A stretch of DNA of 64,000 nt, from the NCBI GenBank assembly GCA_051313645.2, contig JBNRSN020000009.1:126542001-126606000 (forward strand), in the 5' to 3' direction. Shown here piece after piece: positions 23,847 to 37,152 of this stretch. The notes beneath the pieces were generated by a model. It ran no database searches and had not been told where the DNA came from. It saw nothing but the letters and a program-made list of their open reading frames with translations. Position 1 is the first letter of the stretch, and the number at the start of each line of letters is the position of its first letter. This stretch comes from Centroscyllium fabricii. Taxonomy: Eukaryota. Made by a program: the position numbers and the translations under genes.

Positions 23847-24786
23847 GGTGTAAGAACATACACCGTCAAACTGTAGCTCAGGCCATAAGCCAACAGAAAA
23901 AAGTATTTTACATTACACACATAAATGAACAGCACTCAGCAGAATCAATATTTTTAAATTAGTTAGTAAATGCATTATTCCCCTCAAAATGTTAAAAATA
24001 GATGCTGCTCCTGCTCTAACTCTGAGTATCACATTGATCCCAAACCATGGTTGTTCACCATTACATGGTAAAACACCACAACAGAAATCTTGCCTCGCCC
24101 AGTATCTCGATGGCTTTAGACTATTCCTGACCAGAATAAAATCAGCTATGGTTAGCTAACTTGTTCAAAAACCTGTTGGAGATGTATTACAACAAAGAAC
24201 ATTAGAAACTGTACACGTCATACGACATTAGTTGGATGGATTGTCAATTACGTAAGATGCTTGAACTGAATGGAATAGCTTGATTCATTGATTGATTTTA
24301 ATAGTTTAAATAACCTGTTAAGATGGGTTCCCATCCAAGTGCAATAGCAGCAATCAAACCATGCAGACTTGGGCCTTCCTTAACTATGCATATCTCTGCC
24401 TTGCCCTAACGCGTGAAATGTAGCCAGACCATAATATATATTATCTGTATAACTTGCAAAAAGCCATGTCTGCCATAAACAAGGCAGAATCTGAAATTTT
24501 GCGTAGGCAAAGGTGCATCATTGTTATCTGAGTGGGCATGTATTTTTATGGTAAGTTTAAATTCATAATTCAAACCCCGTACTCAAAACCCTCAATTTCA
24601 TTGTGGCAAGTATATTTTTACTGGCTGCGTTTCCTCGCTAAAAGTACGAATGTGAATTTGTGATATTAATCAGCTCTGGAATATTTTCCCGTGATGTTAG
24701 ACAGCCCGGCACCCCGTGTCAATATCAACATTCACAATAGCAACGGGCAGGGAGATTGGGTGATTGGCTGGAATGTCATTTATAAT

Positions 24787-26025
24787 GGCCCATAAATTCC
24801 GTTCCCTATGGGTGTGTACGCGCGGTGTACTCACCCGTAGGGCCAACGGAAGTGCCGGTTTTAGGCATGCGCTGGAAACCGGAACTTCCGTTCTTTGAAG
24901 AAAGGGCTTCACCGGTCAAACGCCTGCGCCGGAGAGGCAGCGCGTACGGCTGGAACTTCTGTTTTTTTCCACAGTTGCTTCTGTGCAGCTAAGTCTGAAA
25001 CAGCTGCGCTTGGAAAAGCAGGTGCAAGGCCTGCTTTTACCAGGTTAAGAGGTGAAGAATGTAAAAAAAATATTTATTTTTCCACTGATATATCATTTAA
25101 AAATACTTTAAAGAAAGATAATTTTATTTTTAACCCCGTTAAAAACTTTATTTGTTTCAAAAATGTAAATTTTTGTTTAATACAGGTTGTGCACCGAAAA
25201 TCCGTGTCCCGAATAGCCGGCAGCTTCAGTCTGCCGGCACAAATTGCCCCGACTGCACTGCGCATGCGCAAGATGGCCGCCGACATCGTGGCTTCGGCGA
25301 ATGATCTGCGCATGCGCAGATCATTCAAAACAGCTGCCGGGTGTTTTGAATGATCTGCGCATGCGTCGCCGGACGGTTAGCGCATGCGCAGATAATTCAA
25401 TACGGCCGCCGGTTATTTTCCCGACAGCTGAGCTCCGTGACTGAGGCGGACAGTCACTAGGCAACAGCTGTCAGCCTGAGTCCGGCTCGGCGGCAGCAGC
25501 AACCTGAAAGGCGATGGAGAGGGAACGCAGACCCGTGCCCGATCTGCGCATGCGCACGCCAGCCAATCCCAATGTTGTGCGCATGCGCGCGGCCATTTTG
25601 AATGGTGCGCATGCGCAGTGTCCAACCTCGTTCTCCCGGTTTTTTCTGTTTCCCGGCACGGGCCTGGTCCCGCCCGTGGCGGATTAATGGTGCACAACCT
25701 ATAGTTAATTTATGTAATTTATAGTAATTTTAAAAATGTGATTTTTAAAAAATTGATTTGAAGTTTTACTTATGTTTTGAGGGTGATCTCTATTCATAGA
25801 TTGGACAGGTCTTCCAGTCAAATCTATGAATGGAGATTCCCTGCTGATTGGCTCCCCCTGCAAACGAACTGCGCCCTTGGGATACGCGGGCCCTGCATAC
25901 CGGCAGTTTGAAGAGGCACAGCAACGGAATTCTGCGCCTCCCGGGAGCCCTCCGGTTCAGGCGGAGATTTTTCCAAATCGCAGCCCCTCCGCCCGCGGGA
26001 GGGCTGCGAACGGAATTTCGGGGCC
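24787..26025. mobile_element. MITE (TIR GGCCC..AAATTCCGTTC), Harbinger-like, hosting a second MITE
   Basis: GGCCCATAAATTCCGTTC ... GAACGGAATTTCGGGGCC. Confidence 0.7.
25183..25701. mobile_element. Tc1/mariner (pogo/Tigger-like) MITE with repeated GCGCATGCGC palindromes
   Basis: TA|CAGGTTGTGCACC ... GGTGCACAACCTA|TA. The same right end occurs at 10661-10673. Confidence 0.75.
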
Positions 26026-26457
26026 ATTAACTGCAGGAAAATCTTCAAGAATGGACACTGGAACGGCCTTCGACATAACACAGCAAGTTCCACACATATT
26101 GAAACACTTGCAATTTATGCCCAGCTGCTATCCAAGACAAAAGGGCAGAATCGATCTGATCAAAACATGACAGCTAGCCATCTTCAGCATGGATCAAATG
26201 TACACCTTCACGCCTGCAGCTATAGAACTGCCTCCACTATGATGCCATTCAGTAAATACAACTAACAACATTTCGATACGTCAATTGACATTTCAAACCA
26301 ATACCGCATTTACCACTCAAAAATTCAGCCAGGATGGAGGGAGACACCTTGGGATTATAAACCACAGGGACATAAACTCAACTTATAATAGGCTACGTGG
26401 ACCCGAGATGAAATCAAGAATTCATGATCCGAAGGTGAGCATTCGTTTCCATTGTAC

Positions 26458-26711
26458 CTGAAGATCTCGGTTATGGTTTTCACAAAGCAGCTGCAAGAAC
26501 CGAAGGATTGGTTGCATGATGGCAATCACAGCGCTCATCTCCCCATCATCCTTGTTCTTCTCTCCAGATGCTGGGGTGCCATCTGCAGCGGAAAAGTGGT
26601 CCTCTGGGTCAGCTTCCCTCCGGAAGGTGTTGAAGGCTTTCCGGGTAGCAGCAGAGGCCTCGAGCAGCTGATCACGTACTTCATCACTAAGCTGCGCTGA
26701 AGGCTCTTTGG
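26458..26711 (-). CDS. ITPR1: ITPR1 coding exon (254 nt): (A)[38 protein letters not shown]...[28 protein letters not shown]
   Basis: Translated by hand (not in the ORF track). [24 protein letters not shown] is ITPR1-type rather than ITPR2/3. Acceptor tgcag at 26716-26712, donor CAG|gtacaa. Phase fits both neighbours. Confidence 0.95.
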
Positions 26712-27120
26712 CTGCATTTTAATACAGAAACAATTGATTTAATTGGTCAGAAGCACCACATTTTCCAAACAAGCACAAAATAATTGCAGGAACCGCAATG
26801 CTGAGTTAAAAGGATAGAAATCATAGGAGGCGGTCATTCAGCCCCTGTAGCCGCTTGCGACTCCAAGACGGTAACCTGACATTGAAATTATGCACCTTTT
26901 AAATGATCCCATCACAGTAAGAATTGATGGATGTTGTCCCAAGGAAATTAATAATTGGCAACACACTAGTTGCTGTTAGATCATGGCTGATCTGAACCTC
27001 AACTCCATTTACCGGTCTTTGCTCCAGATCGCTTGATACCCTTACTGAACAAAAATCTATCGAGCTCACTAGTGTTGAAAATTTCAATTGTCCCAGCATG
27101 CACAGCCTATTGCCTTGATA

Positions 27121-28338
27121 CAGGTTGAGCACCAGTAATCCGGCACCCGATGGTCCGGTACCTTCAATGGTTCGGTACGAATTGAAATGGTGGACGGCAC
27201 GGTGGCATAGTGGTTAGCACTGTTGCCTTACAGCACTAGAGACCCGGGTTCAAATCCAGCCTCGGGTACTGGAGTTTGCACATTCTCCCCGTGTCTGCGT
27301 GGGTTTCCTCCGGGTGCTCCGGTTTCCTCCCACAGTCCAAAGATGTGCGGGTTAGGTTGATTAGCCATGATAAATTGACTCTTAGTGTTAGGGGGATTGA
27401 ATATGTGGGGTTATGGGGATAGGGTGGGATATGTGTCGGTGCAGGCTCGATAGGCATCGAGGGATGTGGGGACAAGGCAGGGACAGGGTGCTGGGTTTGG
27501 ATGATCAGCCATGATCTCACTGAATGGGCAGGCTTGAGGGGCCGAATGGCCTACTCCTGCTCCTATCTTCTATGTTTCTATGAAACCGGTGGTCTTCAGT
27601 TTGCGGAGCAGCCGCTCGGCGGCGCCATTGTTTCCCGCGAAGGGTGGGCGAGCGGCAAAGGCATCGGGCGTTTGGGTTTCTGTTTTTTAGTGTTCTATCC
27701 CCGGGCTCCCACCCGGGGAGTGTTCTACCCGCGTGCTTCGGGCCCCGGGGAGTGTTTAGAGTGGTGGCTGTGGCACCGCGTTGTTACTCCGGGTTAGCCG
27801 CTGCTGCCCATGCCTTTTTGTCCCGGACTCCTGGTGTGGTTTGTAGCGGCACCGAGAAGGGCTGAAGGCAGGAAGGGGGAATGGAGGTTAGACCCTCTCG
27901 CCTGGCTGCGAGGACTCCGCGTGTCAGCTGGTGCAGGTTGCATTGTTCGGTGCAACAGAGTTGCAAATGATTTATATCGGGGAAATAGATACTCCAGGTT
28001 CTGTTGTTCTCTCTCGAAATACGATTGCGAAATGTATCAATCTAATTTGCGAGCCATGACGGGTGCTTTAGAAATTGTCAAGTCGGAAGCGTGGAGGGAA
28101 ACTAGTCCAACCCCCTCCAGTCACTGCATCCGCATCCTTTGTCTTTACAAGTCACTTGCTATTTTTTCTTTTTTTTAAATATTGTCTGTGATTTGCCCGG
28201 AGGGAGTGTCTTGAGGTGCATGTTGGAGATAGGTCAGGTTTGAATGTGGAGTTAATGCCCTTCATGTTTACACCTTCAGTGGTTCGGAATAATCAATGGT
28301 CCGGCACCGGCCTGGTCCCGAGGGTGCCGGTTTACCTG
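27121..28338. mobile_element. pogo/Tigger-like non-autonomous element containing a V-SINE
   Basis: TA|CAGGTTGAGCACC ... GGTGCCGGTTTACCTG|TA. Confidence 0.6.
27191..27582 (+). mobile_element. HE1-like V-SINE
   Basis: Same head, V core and tail as the other copies. Confidence 0.9.
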
Positions 28339-30043
28339 TATCTCCCAACTTGTGAGGGGACCAAATCTGGGTACAGTATTCTAGATATGGGTTGACAAAG
28401 AATAATGTTTCTCATTTTATATTGAATTAGCAATACATTCTAACACCCTATCTGAATTCACGATATCCTTACAACATTGGTCATGGACCTTTACTGAATC
28501 AGGCACTGTAACTCTCAGGTCCTTCTCCCAGTCAGCAACTGTGAGCACATAACCCCGAGATATGGAACACCAAATTCACATAATGACATTGTTTGGGAGG
28601 ATCAGAGGCAAATTTTTACCAGTGGTCAACCAGCTTTCTCGATTAAGAAGGATTCCACTTACTTAACTCGACAATATTTATTTACCACAAATTGTACCTG
28701 TTCAGCCTGGAGGGAGCAGGCTCCATGGGACAAATGATTTTATTGTTCCAATCTATGTTACTAGAATGAGCGGTGAAGTTATGTTCAAAATATTCAATCA
28801 GGTTTATATCAGTTCATGGAACAAAATTATTTCTGAAGTGTTTCAAAACTCTTATCCTTTCAACCAACGAGAGAGAATGAAACTCGGCGAATATATTCTC
28901 CATTACTCCAGTTCTAATGCTTGTTCTTGTATAGACCAAGTATATAGCAAAAGGTATAAATAGATACTGATTAAAAATAAAAGTCTGTGCCTTTTTACTG
29001 TTTCTTACCTGAAACAACCTTGCAAAACACAAGGCCCAGCACAAGCATGCCCCCTGCTACTCCAAGGCTGTAACCAGATATTGAAATTATGCATCTTTCA
29101 CATTATCCTATCACAGTAGGAATTAATGAATGTTGCCCAAGAAAGTTAATCATTGGCAATACTGGTTGCTGACCAACAATCCCTTCAACCCATGACTCTA
29201 TTTGGAATCCCTCACCTAAGGGAGATGATGCAGGTAGTGTAAATGCTGGCTCTGCTTTAAATACTGGCATTTACAGTATTTGTTTCATTGCAGTCGGTAC
29301 AAGTGCTTGGACAGGAACTATTTATTATTATTCGGCTACAGAGGAAAAGCTTCTTCAATAGCTCCATTACAAACTTTAGCCGACACGTTGCATCTGGGTC
29401 AAAAGCCACGCAAACTTCCTAAGGGATGTTCAAGATGACTGTCATAATAACATCCCTGAAGGGTGGAAACTTCCACCTCACAGAATGAGGCTGAAGCGTA
29501 AAAGTTGCAGCAATACTTGCTGAAAGAAAAGGTGCAGTGAAGAAAAATACCTTCTTTTCAAGCCCAAACTATTCCACAGGCAAGGAAAATGCTAACTCCA
29601 GAATGAACTGAATTTCCTTTTACAAGAAATTAAATCTGCTTTCAACTCTTAACCAGTGAGTGTGGCCCCGCTTACCCCTCTAACCATTTTGCCCTTGTTA
29701 ATTTCTCTGAAGTTATTCACATTTTTATGATGTTTATTTACAGCTGGGAAAGCTTTTAAATCTACTGCAGAGCACTTAAGGTTTTGGTTCATCAGCTCTG
29801 AAGTAATGGCACCGTTATGACTAAACTACATTGGCACCTTAAAACGGAAATTTAAGTACAGCGTACTACTTTCCAATTCCTAAGGCCAATTAGCAGCTCT
29901 CAATACAATTATATGAAGTAATTATAGTTCCAGTTTTAGGATAACAGTGCAATTAGAATAAATAATTAGTCTCCATGGTGCCCGGCAAGGTGTTATTTTA
30001 TTTGTACACAAGAGTAGACCCCGACCCCAGGTTTGCCTCTTAC

Positions 30044-30227
30044 CTCTTCTTCGCACTGGCACGTCCCTCTCCGAAGATTCATCGTCTTTCTTTTTATTAC
30101 CAAGGTCGCTGGTATTTACAGTCACTGTAGCTTTGATCTCTTGCTGTGCGAGCTTCATACGGTCATAAAACACCTTGAAGAATTTCTCAGACTTTTTATC
30201 CTCTGTCAGGCGGCAGTAAAACGAGTG
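30044..30227 (-). CDS. ITPR1: ITPR1 coding exon (184 nt): [61 protein letters not shown]
   Basis: Closely matches ITPR1 [25 protein letters not shown].... Acceptor cag at 30230-30228, donor G|gtaaga at 30043. G plus CC of the next exon gives Ala. The preceding exon (...GGNTTIQ) was not found in the window. Confidence 0.95.
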
Positions 30228-30374
30228 CTGTCGAGATGGATAAGTGATCGGTCAGATTTTAATGTGCTGGATGATACTCGCTATTTTAATTCTACAGCAA
30301 ACAACAACAACTTGCATTTACATAGTGCCTTTAACGTAGTTAAAACATCCCATGGCGCATCATAGGAGAGTTAT

Positions 30375-32375
30375 AAGAAATAAGAGGAGTCGGCCATACG
30401 GCCCCTCGAGCCGGCTCCGCCATTCAATATGACCATGGCCGATCATCAACCGCAACCCACTTTCCTGCCCGCTCTCCATATCCCTCGACTCCCCTAGAGT
30501 CCAAAAATCTATCTATCTCAGCCTTGAATAAACTCAAAGACTCAGCATTCATAGCACTCTGGGCCAGAGAATTCCAAAGATTCACAACACTGAGTGGAGA
30601 AATTGCTCCTCATTTCAGTTTTAAATGGCCGACCCCTTATCCTGAGACTATGCCCCCTAGTTCTAGACACTCCAGCCAGGGGAAACAACCTCTCAGCATC
30701 TGCCCTGTCAATCCCCCTCAGAATCTTGTATGTTTCAATGGGATCAACTGTCATTCTTCTAAACTCCAGAGTATAGGCCCATTCTACTCAATCTCTCCTC
30801 ATAGATTGAGTAGAATGGGCCTATACTCGAAGGGCTGAGTACTAGGCACACCTGGAGTACTAGGCACAGTTTTGGTCTCCTTATCTAAGGAAGGATATAC
30901 TTACCTTAGAGGAGGTGCAACAAAGGTTCACTAGATTGATTCCTGGGATGAGAGGGCTGTCCTATGAATCATAGAAGATAGGAGAAGATAGGAGCAGGAG
31001 CAGGCTCGAAGGGCTGAATGGCCTACTCCTACTCTTATACTCCAACCTACTATGAAGAGAACCATCTACGTGCCAACCCAGCAAAAACACAAGTATGCGC
31101 TTTTCACCTGAGAAACAAGGAAGCTAAGCGCCAACTGAATGTGTCTTGGTGTGGAATACCACTGTCACACTCTGAGCACCCTGTCTACCTCGGAGTCACA
31201 CTCGACAGATGCCTTACATTCAAAACCCACATCATGAAGACAAAGGCAAAAGTGAGCACCCGCAACAACATCCTGCGCAAACTCGCCAACACCAGATGGG
31301 GTGCATGTCCCAAGACACTACGTGCCACAGCCCTTGCCCTCAGCTTCTCTACTGCAGAATATGCCAGCCCAGCGTGGGAAAGATCCACCCATGCTAAAAA
31401 ACTGGACCCCGCTCTTAACGAGAGCTGCAGATGTATCACTGGGTGCCTGAAGCCCACTAACACCAACGACCTGTACATCCTGGCAGGTATCGCCCCTCCA
31501 GACATCAGAAGAGCGGTAGCCAGCAGGACAGAGCAGCGCAGGCAAACCACAGATGAGAGGCACCCTCTACATGGCCATGTACCTGCCCCCAGCCGACTAA
31601 AATCACGGAGAAGTTTCCTGACCAGCACTGCTCCACTGGAGACACCACCATCTGAAGCCCGCCTTAAAATGTGGAAGGAAAAGCTGTCCAAACACCCACA
31701 CAGCTCGACTATGCTCATCCCCCCTGCCGAAACCCTCCCACCAGGAGATAACAACTGGGCAAAATGGAAGTGCTTGAACCGACTCCGCTCAGGTGTTGGC
31801 CGTTCCAGGGAAGCCCTAAGCAGATGGGGTTATCTTAGTGGCCCAACCACATGTGACTGTGGCACAGAACCCCAGACCATGGAGCACCTCCTTCGATGTC
31901 CTCTGTTAGGTGGACCCTGCACAGCAAAGGACCTAGCACTCTACAACATCAAGGGACAGCAATGTACCAAGCACTGGTTGGACGTTATATAAGCTGAATA
32001 GCTTTGTATATGGACACGAAGAAGAAGAAGAAGAAGAAGAAGACCCTGTTGCAATAAAGGTCAACATGCCATTTGCCTTCCATATTGCTTGCTGTACCTG
32101 CATCCAAGCTTTCTGTGTTTCTTGCACGAGGACACCCAAATCTCTCTGAACAACAACATTTGAAAGTTCCTCACCATTTAAAAAATATTGTTTTTCTATT
32201 CTTCCTACTAAAGTGAATAACCTCACATTTCTCTACATTATACCCCATCTGACACCTTACTCCCCACTCACCTAGTCTATCTATGTCCCTTTGCAGACTG
32301 TGTTCTCCTCACAGCTTACTGTCCCACCTAGCTTTGCATCATCAGCAAACTTGGATACATTACACTCGGTCCCTT
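30375..32375 (-). mobile_element. Rearranged CR1 3' fragment inside an L2 relic (L2 pieces ~30300-30370 and ~32380-32610)
   Basis: Reverse strand gives IETYKILRGIDR and QRDLGVLV. An internal inverted segment lies at ~30848-30966, followed by the Vingi insertion. Confidence 0.75.
31039..32043 (+). mobile_element. 5'-truncated Vingi/ingi-clade non-LTR retrotransposon (RT C-terminus plus CCHC-like end)
   Basis: Uninterrupted ORF to 31992: LRANPAKTQVCAFHLRN, YLGVTLDR, ATALALSFSTAEYASPAW, LNRLRSGVGR, CDCG..QTMEHLLRC. Short 3' UTR and (GAA)n tail. Confidence 0.8.
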
Positions 32376-32641
32376 AAAACAAACAGCATTTCACACGAGC
32401 CACATAGAGCTATTAGGACAGGTGACCAAAAGTTTGGTCAAAGAGGTGGGTTTTAAGGTGCGTTTTAAAGGAGGAGAGAGAGGTGGAGAGGTTTAGAAAG
32501 GGAATTCCAGAGCTTATGGCCTAGGCAACTGAAGGCACGGCCACCAATGGGGGAGCGATTAAAAATGGGAGCGTGCAAGAGGCCAGAATTGAAGGAGTGC
32601 AGAGAGGTAACACACATTTGTCCAGAGCTAACAGCAATATA

Positions 32642-33171
32642 CAGGAAACTCTTGTTTAACCGACACCTAAATATCCGGAATTCTCTACTAACTGGCAAAA
32701 TTCTCATCCGAAAACAACACCTCAATAACCGACAATGTTGCAGAGTCCGAGTCGCCTGTGGTGGCTGAGTTAATCAGTGGTGGTAGTTCTCCAAACTGCC
32801 ACAATCCGCCTCTTGGCGCTGTTGGGAGTCAGAACACCTCAATAACCTTGTAACAGGTTCTCCCGTGCTGCCGGTACTCTCTTCTGATCCACCATTTTAC
32901 AGGGGTACTGTGTGTCTCCCACACTGCTGGTAGTCATTGCATTGCATTACCCTCAACTGGCAGTACTGTGCTTAATCAAGCATCTTCCACCATCCATTTA
33001 ACACAACATTCTGTAGGTGAGTACCCAATTACTGTAAACTGCACATTTTGATGTTTTAAATTTTTCTTTGTTATAAATAGCCTCGGTAGATAACCCTCTC
33101 CGTTATCCGGAATTTTTGATCAACCGGCAACAAGCTGGTCCCGTCGGTGCCGGATACCAAAGAGTTTCCTG
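32642..33171. mobile_element. pogo/Tigger-like MITE
   Basis: TA|CAGGAAACTC ... GAGTTTCCTG|TA. Confidence 0.75.
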
Positions 33172-34162
33172 TACTATTATTTCATCTGCATATCCATACA
33201 GCAAGGTGTAAACAGCCTTTCGGTGTGGAACAGGTTCGTAAACTATCATTTCACCTTTGACCCTGGGAATCATACCCAGCCCAGAACAATGTGGCGCTCT
33301 CTGCTTTCATTTTTCTCTCTCCGCCAGCCCCAGAAACCAAGCAGAGAGACTTGCGCTGTTGTCATTTACGAGACACAAAAGCATGGGAATGTTGTTAAAG
33401 GCCAACCCGCAGGCTACAAGTTTGCAAGAGTCAGTTTGGAATTAAGGACTAAACCAAACAAATGCTGCCTGACCTGCTTTATGTTTCCAGCATTTTCTGT
33501 TTTTATTAAACAAATGTAAAGCTGTGCTTCCTGTTCCCACCCTCATTTCTTATCACTTGGGCTAAAATTAAGTGTTTAAAGACAAGGATTTGCACATCCC
33601 TTGGAGATTTTCCATTCGGAGTCATATTTTATTGAAATGATGCATTCGGGGGAAATCTCCACAGTGTAATTAAGACCGACACCTATAGTTGCAGGGCTTT
33701 AAAAATAGCCAAGGTCACATAGGTCGTGTCGACCACACCCTCACCGCATTTAACATGTACGTTGACAGGAGAGATTAATTTTGCCTGATCTGATTGTCCA
33801 ATTGCTTCAGCCATAAGTTTCGCCATCATCGCTGCTGCAGCTTTCAAATCAATAGCGGGCAGGATAAGAGTGATTATGGGCTGGAAGCAGCCAGCCTCAC
33901 TCAGAATGAAGAGTTAAAAAGCCCTGCAAAAATCTGGCTCAAAATAGATCATTACTACCAGATTGAACCTCTCAATGGGACGAGTGAAAAAATTAAGACA
34001 CTGGGTAAAATTTTAGTTCTGCAGTAAAACTCTGTCCCAAACCGTGATATACAGCAGTTTCTCATGTAATTCCTGTAAAAGTGCTCTGTACTATGGGTCC
34101 TGGTTCTTCATATTGCAATTAAATTTCATTATTCTTTATATTAAGAAACTAATGGTCAAGAT

Positions 34163-35286
34163 TAAGGTAAGAGCCCGTGGGGTCCAGGGCACCTTGGCAC
34201 ATTGGATCCAAAACTGGCTTAGTGGCAGGAGGCAGAGGGTGATGGTCGAAGGTTGTTTGTGTGACTGGAAGCCTGTGTCCAGTGGTACCGCAGGGATCGG
34301 TGCTGGGTCCTTTGCTGTTTGTAGTTTACATTAATGATTTAGAAATGAATGCAAAAGGTATGATCAGTATGTTCGCAGATGACATGAAAATTGGTGGGGT
34401 GGTAGATAGCGAGGAGGGAAGCCTCAGTCTGCAGGACGATATAGACGGGTTGGTCAGATGGGCAGAACAATGACAAATGGAATTTAACCCTGAAAAGTGT
34501 GAGGTGATGCATTTTGGGAGGACTAACAAGGCAGGAGAATACACAATGAATGGTAAGACCCTAAGAAGGACAGAGGATCAGAGGGACCTTGTTGTGCATA
34601 TACATAGATCCCTGAAGGCAGCAGGACAGGTGGATAAGGTGGTTAAAAAGGCATATGGGATACTTGCCTTCATTAGCCGAGGCACAGAATATAAGAGCAG
34701 GGAGGTTATGATGGGGTTGTACAAAACGCTGGTAAGGCCACATCTGGAGTACTCTGTGCAGTTCTGGTCACCACACTACAGGAAGGATGTGATTGCTTTG
34801 GAGAGGGTGCAGAGGAGATTCACCAGGATGTTACCTGGGCTGGAGCACTTCAATTATGAAGAAAGACTGGACAGGCTGGGGTTGTTTTCCTTGGAGCAGA
34901 GAAGGCGGAGCGGGGACCTGATTGAGGTGTACAAAATTGAGAGGGGCATAGATAGGGTAGATAGAAAGGAATCTTTTCCCTTTGTAGAGGGGTCAATAAC
35001 AAGGGGGCATAGTTTCAAGGTAAGGGGCAGGAGGTTTAGAGGGGATTTGAGGAAGAACTTTTTCACCCAGAGGGTGGTTAGAATCTGGAACTCACTGCCT
35101 GAAAGGGTGGTCGAGGCAGGAACCCTCACGACATTCAAGAAGCATTTAGATGAGCACTTGAAATGCCATAGCTTACAAGGCAACGGACCAAATGCTGGAA
35201 AATGGGATTAGAATAGACAGGGCTTGATGGCCGGCGCGGACACGATGGGCCGAAGGGCCTCTTTCTGTGCTGTATAACTCTGTGAC
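34163..35286 (+). mobile_element. 5'-truncated CR1 LINE (RT and 3' UTR)
   Basis: VPQGSVLGPLLF, FADD, 244-aa ORF 34477-35211. Confidence 0.92.
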
Positions 35287-36111
35287 ACTGTCTGTAATGA
35301 AGTTTGCTGAATCCCAATGGTGGTTTTCAGGCAAATGATGAATCTTACAATCTTTAACCTGCCAGACGTTATAACAAGAGTGCTTCAACTGTGTGGCACC
35401 ATGGCAGCTGGTTCCGTGCATCGCTTCCGATTTCAGCCTCAGTGCGGAGGTGTTGGGCATTAGTCAAAAGGTCCTGACTTGGGGAGGGGGTGAGGGAGGT
35501 GGAAGCAGATTGGAGTGAGAGTCATCCTTGACCACAGGTGGTCAGTATACAAAGGGATTAATGGGAGCCCAGGATCCAGTCACCAGCTGGAGGTAGTGAA
35601 CCATATGTTTAAGAACTCGAAAAACAAACTTCACCCATTTTAAAAGAAACCGAAAAACTTTTTTTTTTTACCCCATATTATTTTAATCCACACAACCATA
35701 CGCATCCACAGAGAATTAGCAGGTCCACCACACAATTTCTCCTCTTGAACACTTTGATGAATCATCCGTCATTTCTTTGTACATCTTAAAATTCTTAGAC
35801 AGGGTCTGGCATTGCGCATTTTTAAGCAAGTTACCCAGAAAAGCTATTTACCAGTTTCCTCTGAACTCCTCTCCCTGCATTATGGTTGGTAACAACTATT
35901 AACTTGGAGCTCTTGCCCACTCTTTCATCTGGACTTCCTCATTGTCCAACTCTATGTGGCCTTTTGCTGCTGGCAGCACCTTTCAAATGGCACGGACTCG
36001 GTGCATCAACCTCCAGTCCTCTCGCAAACTGAAACATTACATCTTCATCCCCTGCAGGCCTCGAGTGGCGCAGTAAAAAATCTTGCTTCATTCAACTATT
36101 GAAAGACGCAA

Positions 36112-36235
36112 GGGGTGAAATTGGTCTTTGGTGATAGCGCAAAGGGAAAGGGAAAAAGAAATTTGGGCGGGATGCAAGGCTGCCAATTCACTCTCGGCTG
36201 TTTTTTTACTACTGCCCAAAGACCAATTCCACTCC
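36112..36235. mobile_element. Small hairpin MITE (TIR GG.GTG.AATTGGTCTTTGG)
   Basis: GGGGTGAAATTGGTCTTTGG ... CCAAAGACCAATTCCACTCC. Confidence 0.6.
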
Positions 36236-37152
36236 ATAGTTTCTTCATGACTTGTGCAAGTCTAGGCAGTCGCTACCTTTAGCCCTGCCTAACACATCAA
36301 CTTTTTGACCTAACCCATCTCTTCTTACCTCAAGTAAAACATCCACATTTCTATTGTTAAAGCTGACTCCAGAAAGTTTGATTTCCTCTTTGGTGCCAAA
36401 CCCCTTTTCCCCCCTCAGCTACTCTTGATTTATACAGTAGTTGAAGCCCGAGTCCATCCCAACTTCCCATATCTGGGAAGCTCCTCTAACTCTCTTGCAC
36501 TCACCACATACAAAAAAAAAAGTTTATTTGATCATCCGATGGGCAATCTTCCTCAACTGTGGCTTTTAACCACTCCCTCAACTTTTCTTCTCCCTCATTG
36601 GTTAATGCCACTCTCGTTCTTGCAAACTGACGATGCATTGAACTAAATGTTCTGCCTTCTCCCTGGATCCTCACTCTGTTGAAATCAAGACTCAGCTAAG
36701 TTTCCCACTTATTCTTTCCCAGGATCTGAAATTTCCTCAATTCCTCCAGTCTTTCCACCCTACAATCTTCAGGCTTTTAAATTTTGTTTTATAATGGACA
36801 CCTTTTAAGAATCACTGCTTCCTGATTTGTCAGATTTCTTATTCTGTTCAACCTTGATGGTGTCCTATTCTTTGGCCCTTCGCCCATCGCTATTTTTTTC
36901 CAATTTAAAAAGTAAAGTTATTTTATCCACAGTGCCAAGCACTGCTCAGAGTAACCAGATGACGCTCTTCCCCAAAAAAAGCACGAGTTTTTATCCATCT
37001 CGATTTATTTTTGGCTCTCTTCCAGTCAATAAGCAGGATACCGCATTCATGTTTGCTCCTCCCTTCTCTACAAAAAAAAAACTCACTCAAAAATACCATA
37101 TGAAAAAATCTAAAGCCACTTAATGGATCGGAGAACTGAGCTGAATGTCTTA

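Noticed and set aside
29922-30173. 83-aa ORF as a standalone gene
   Set aside because: It is part of the ITPR1 exon 30044-30227 plus intron read-through.
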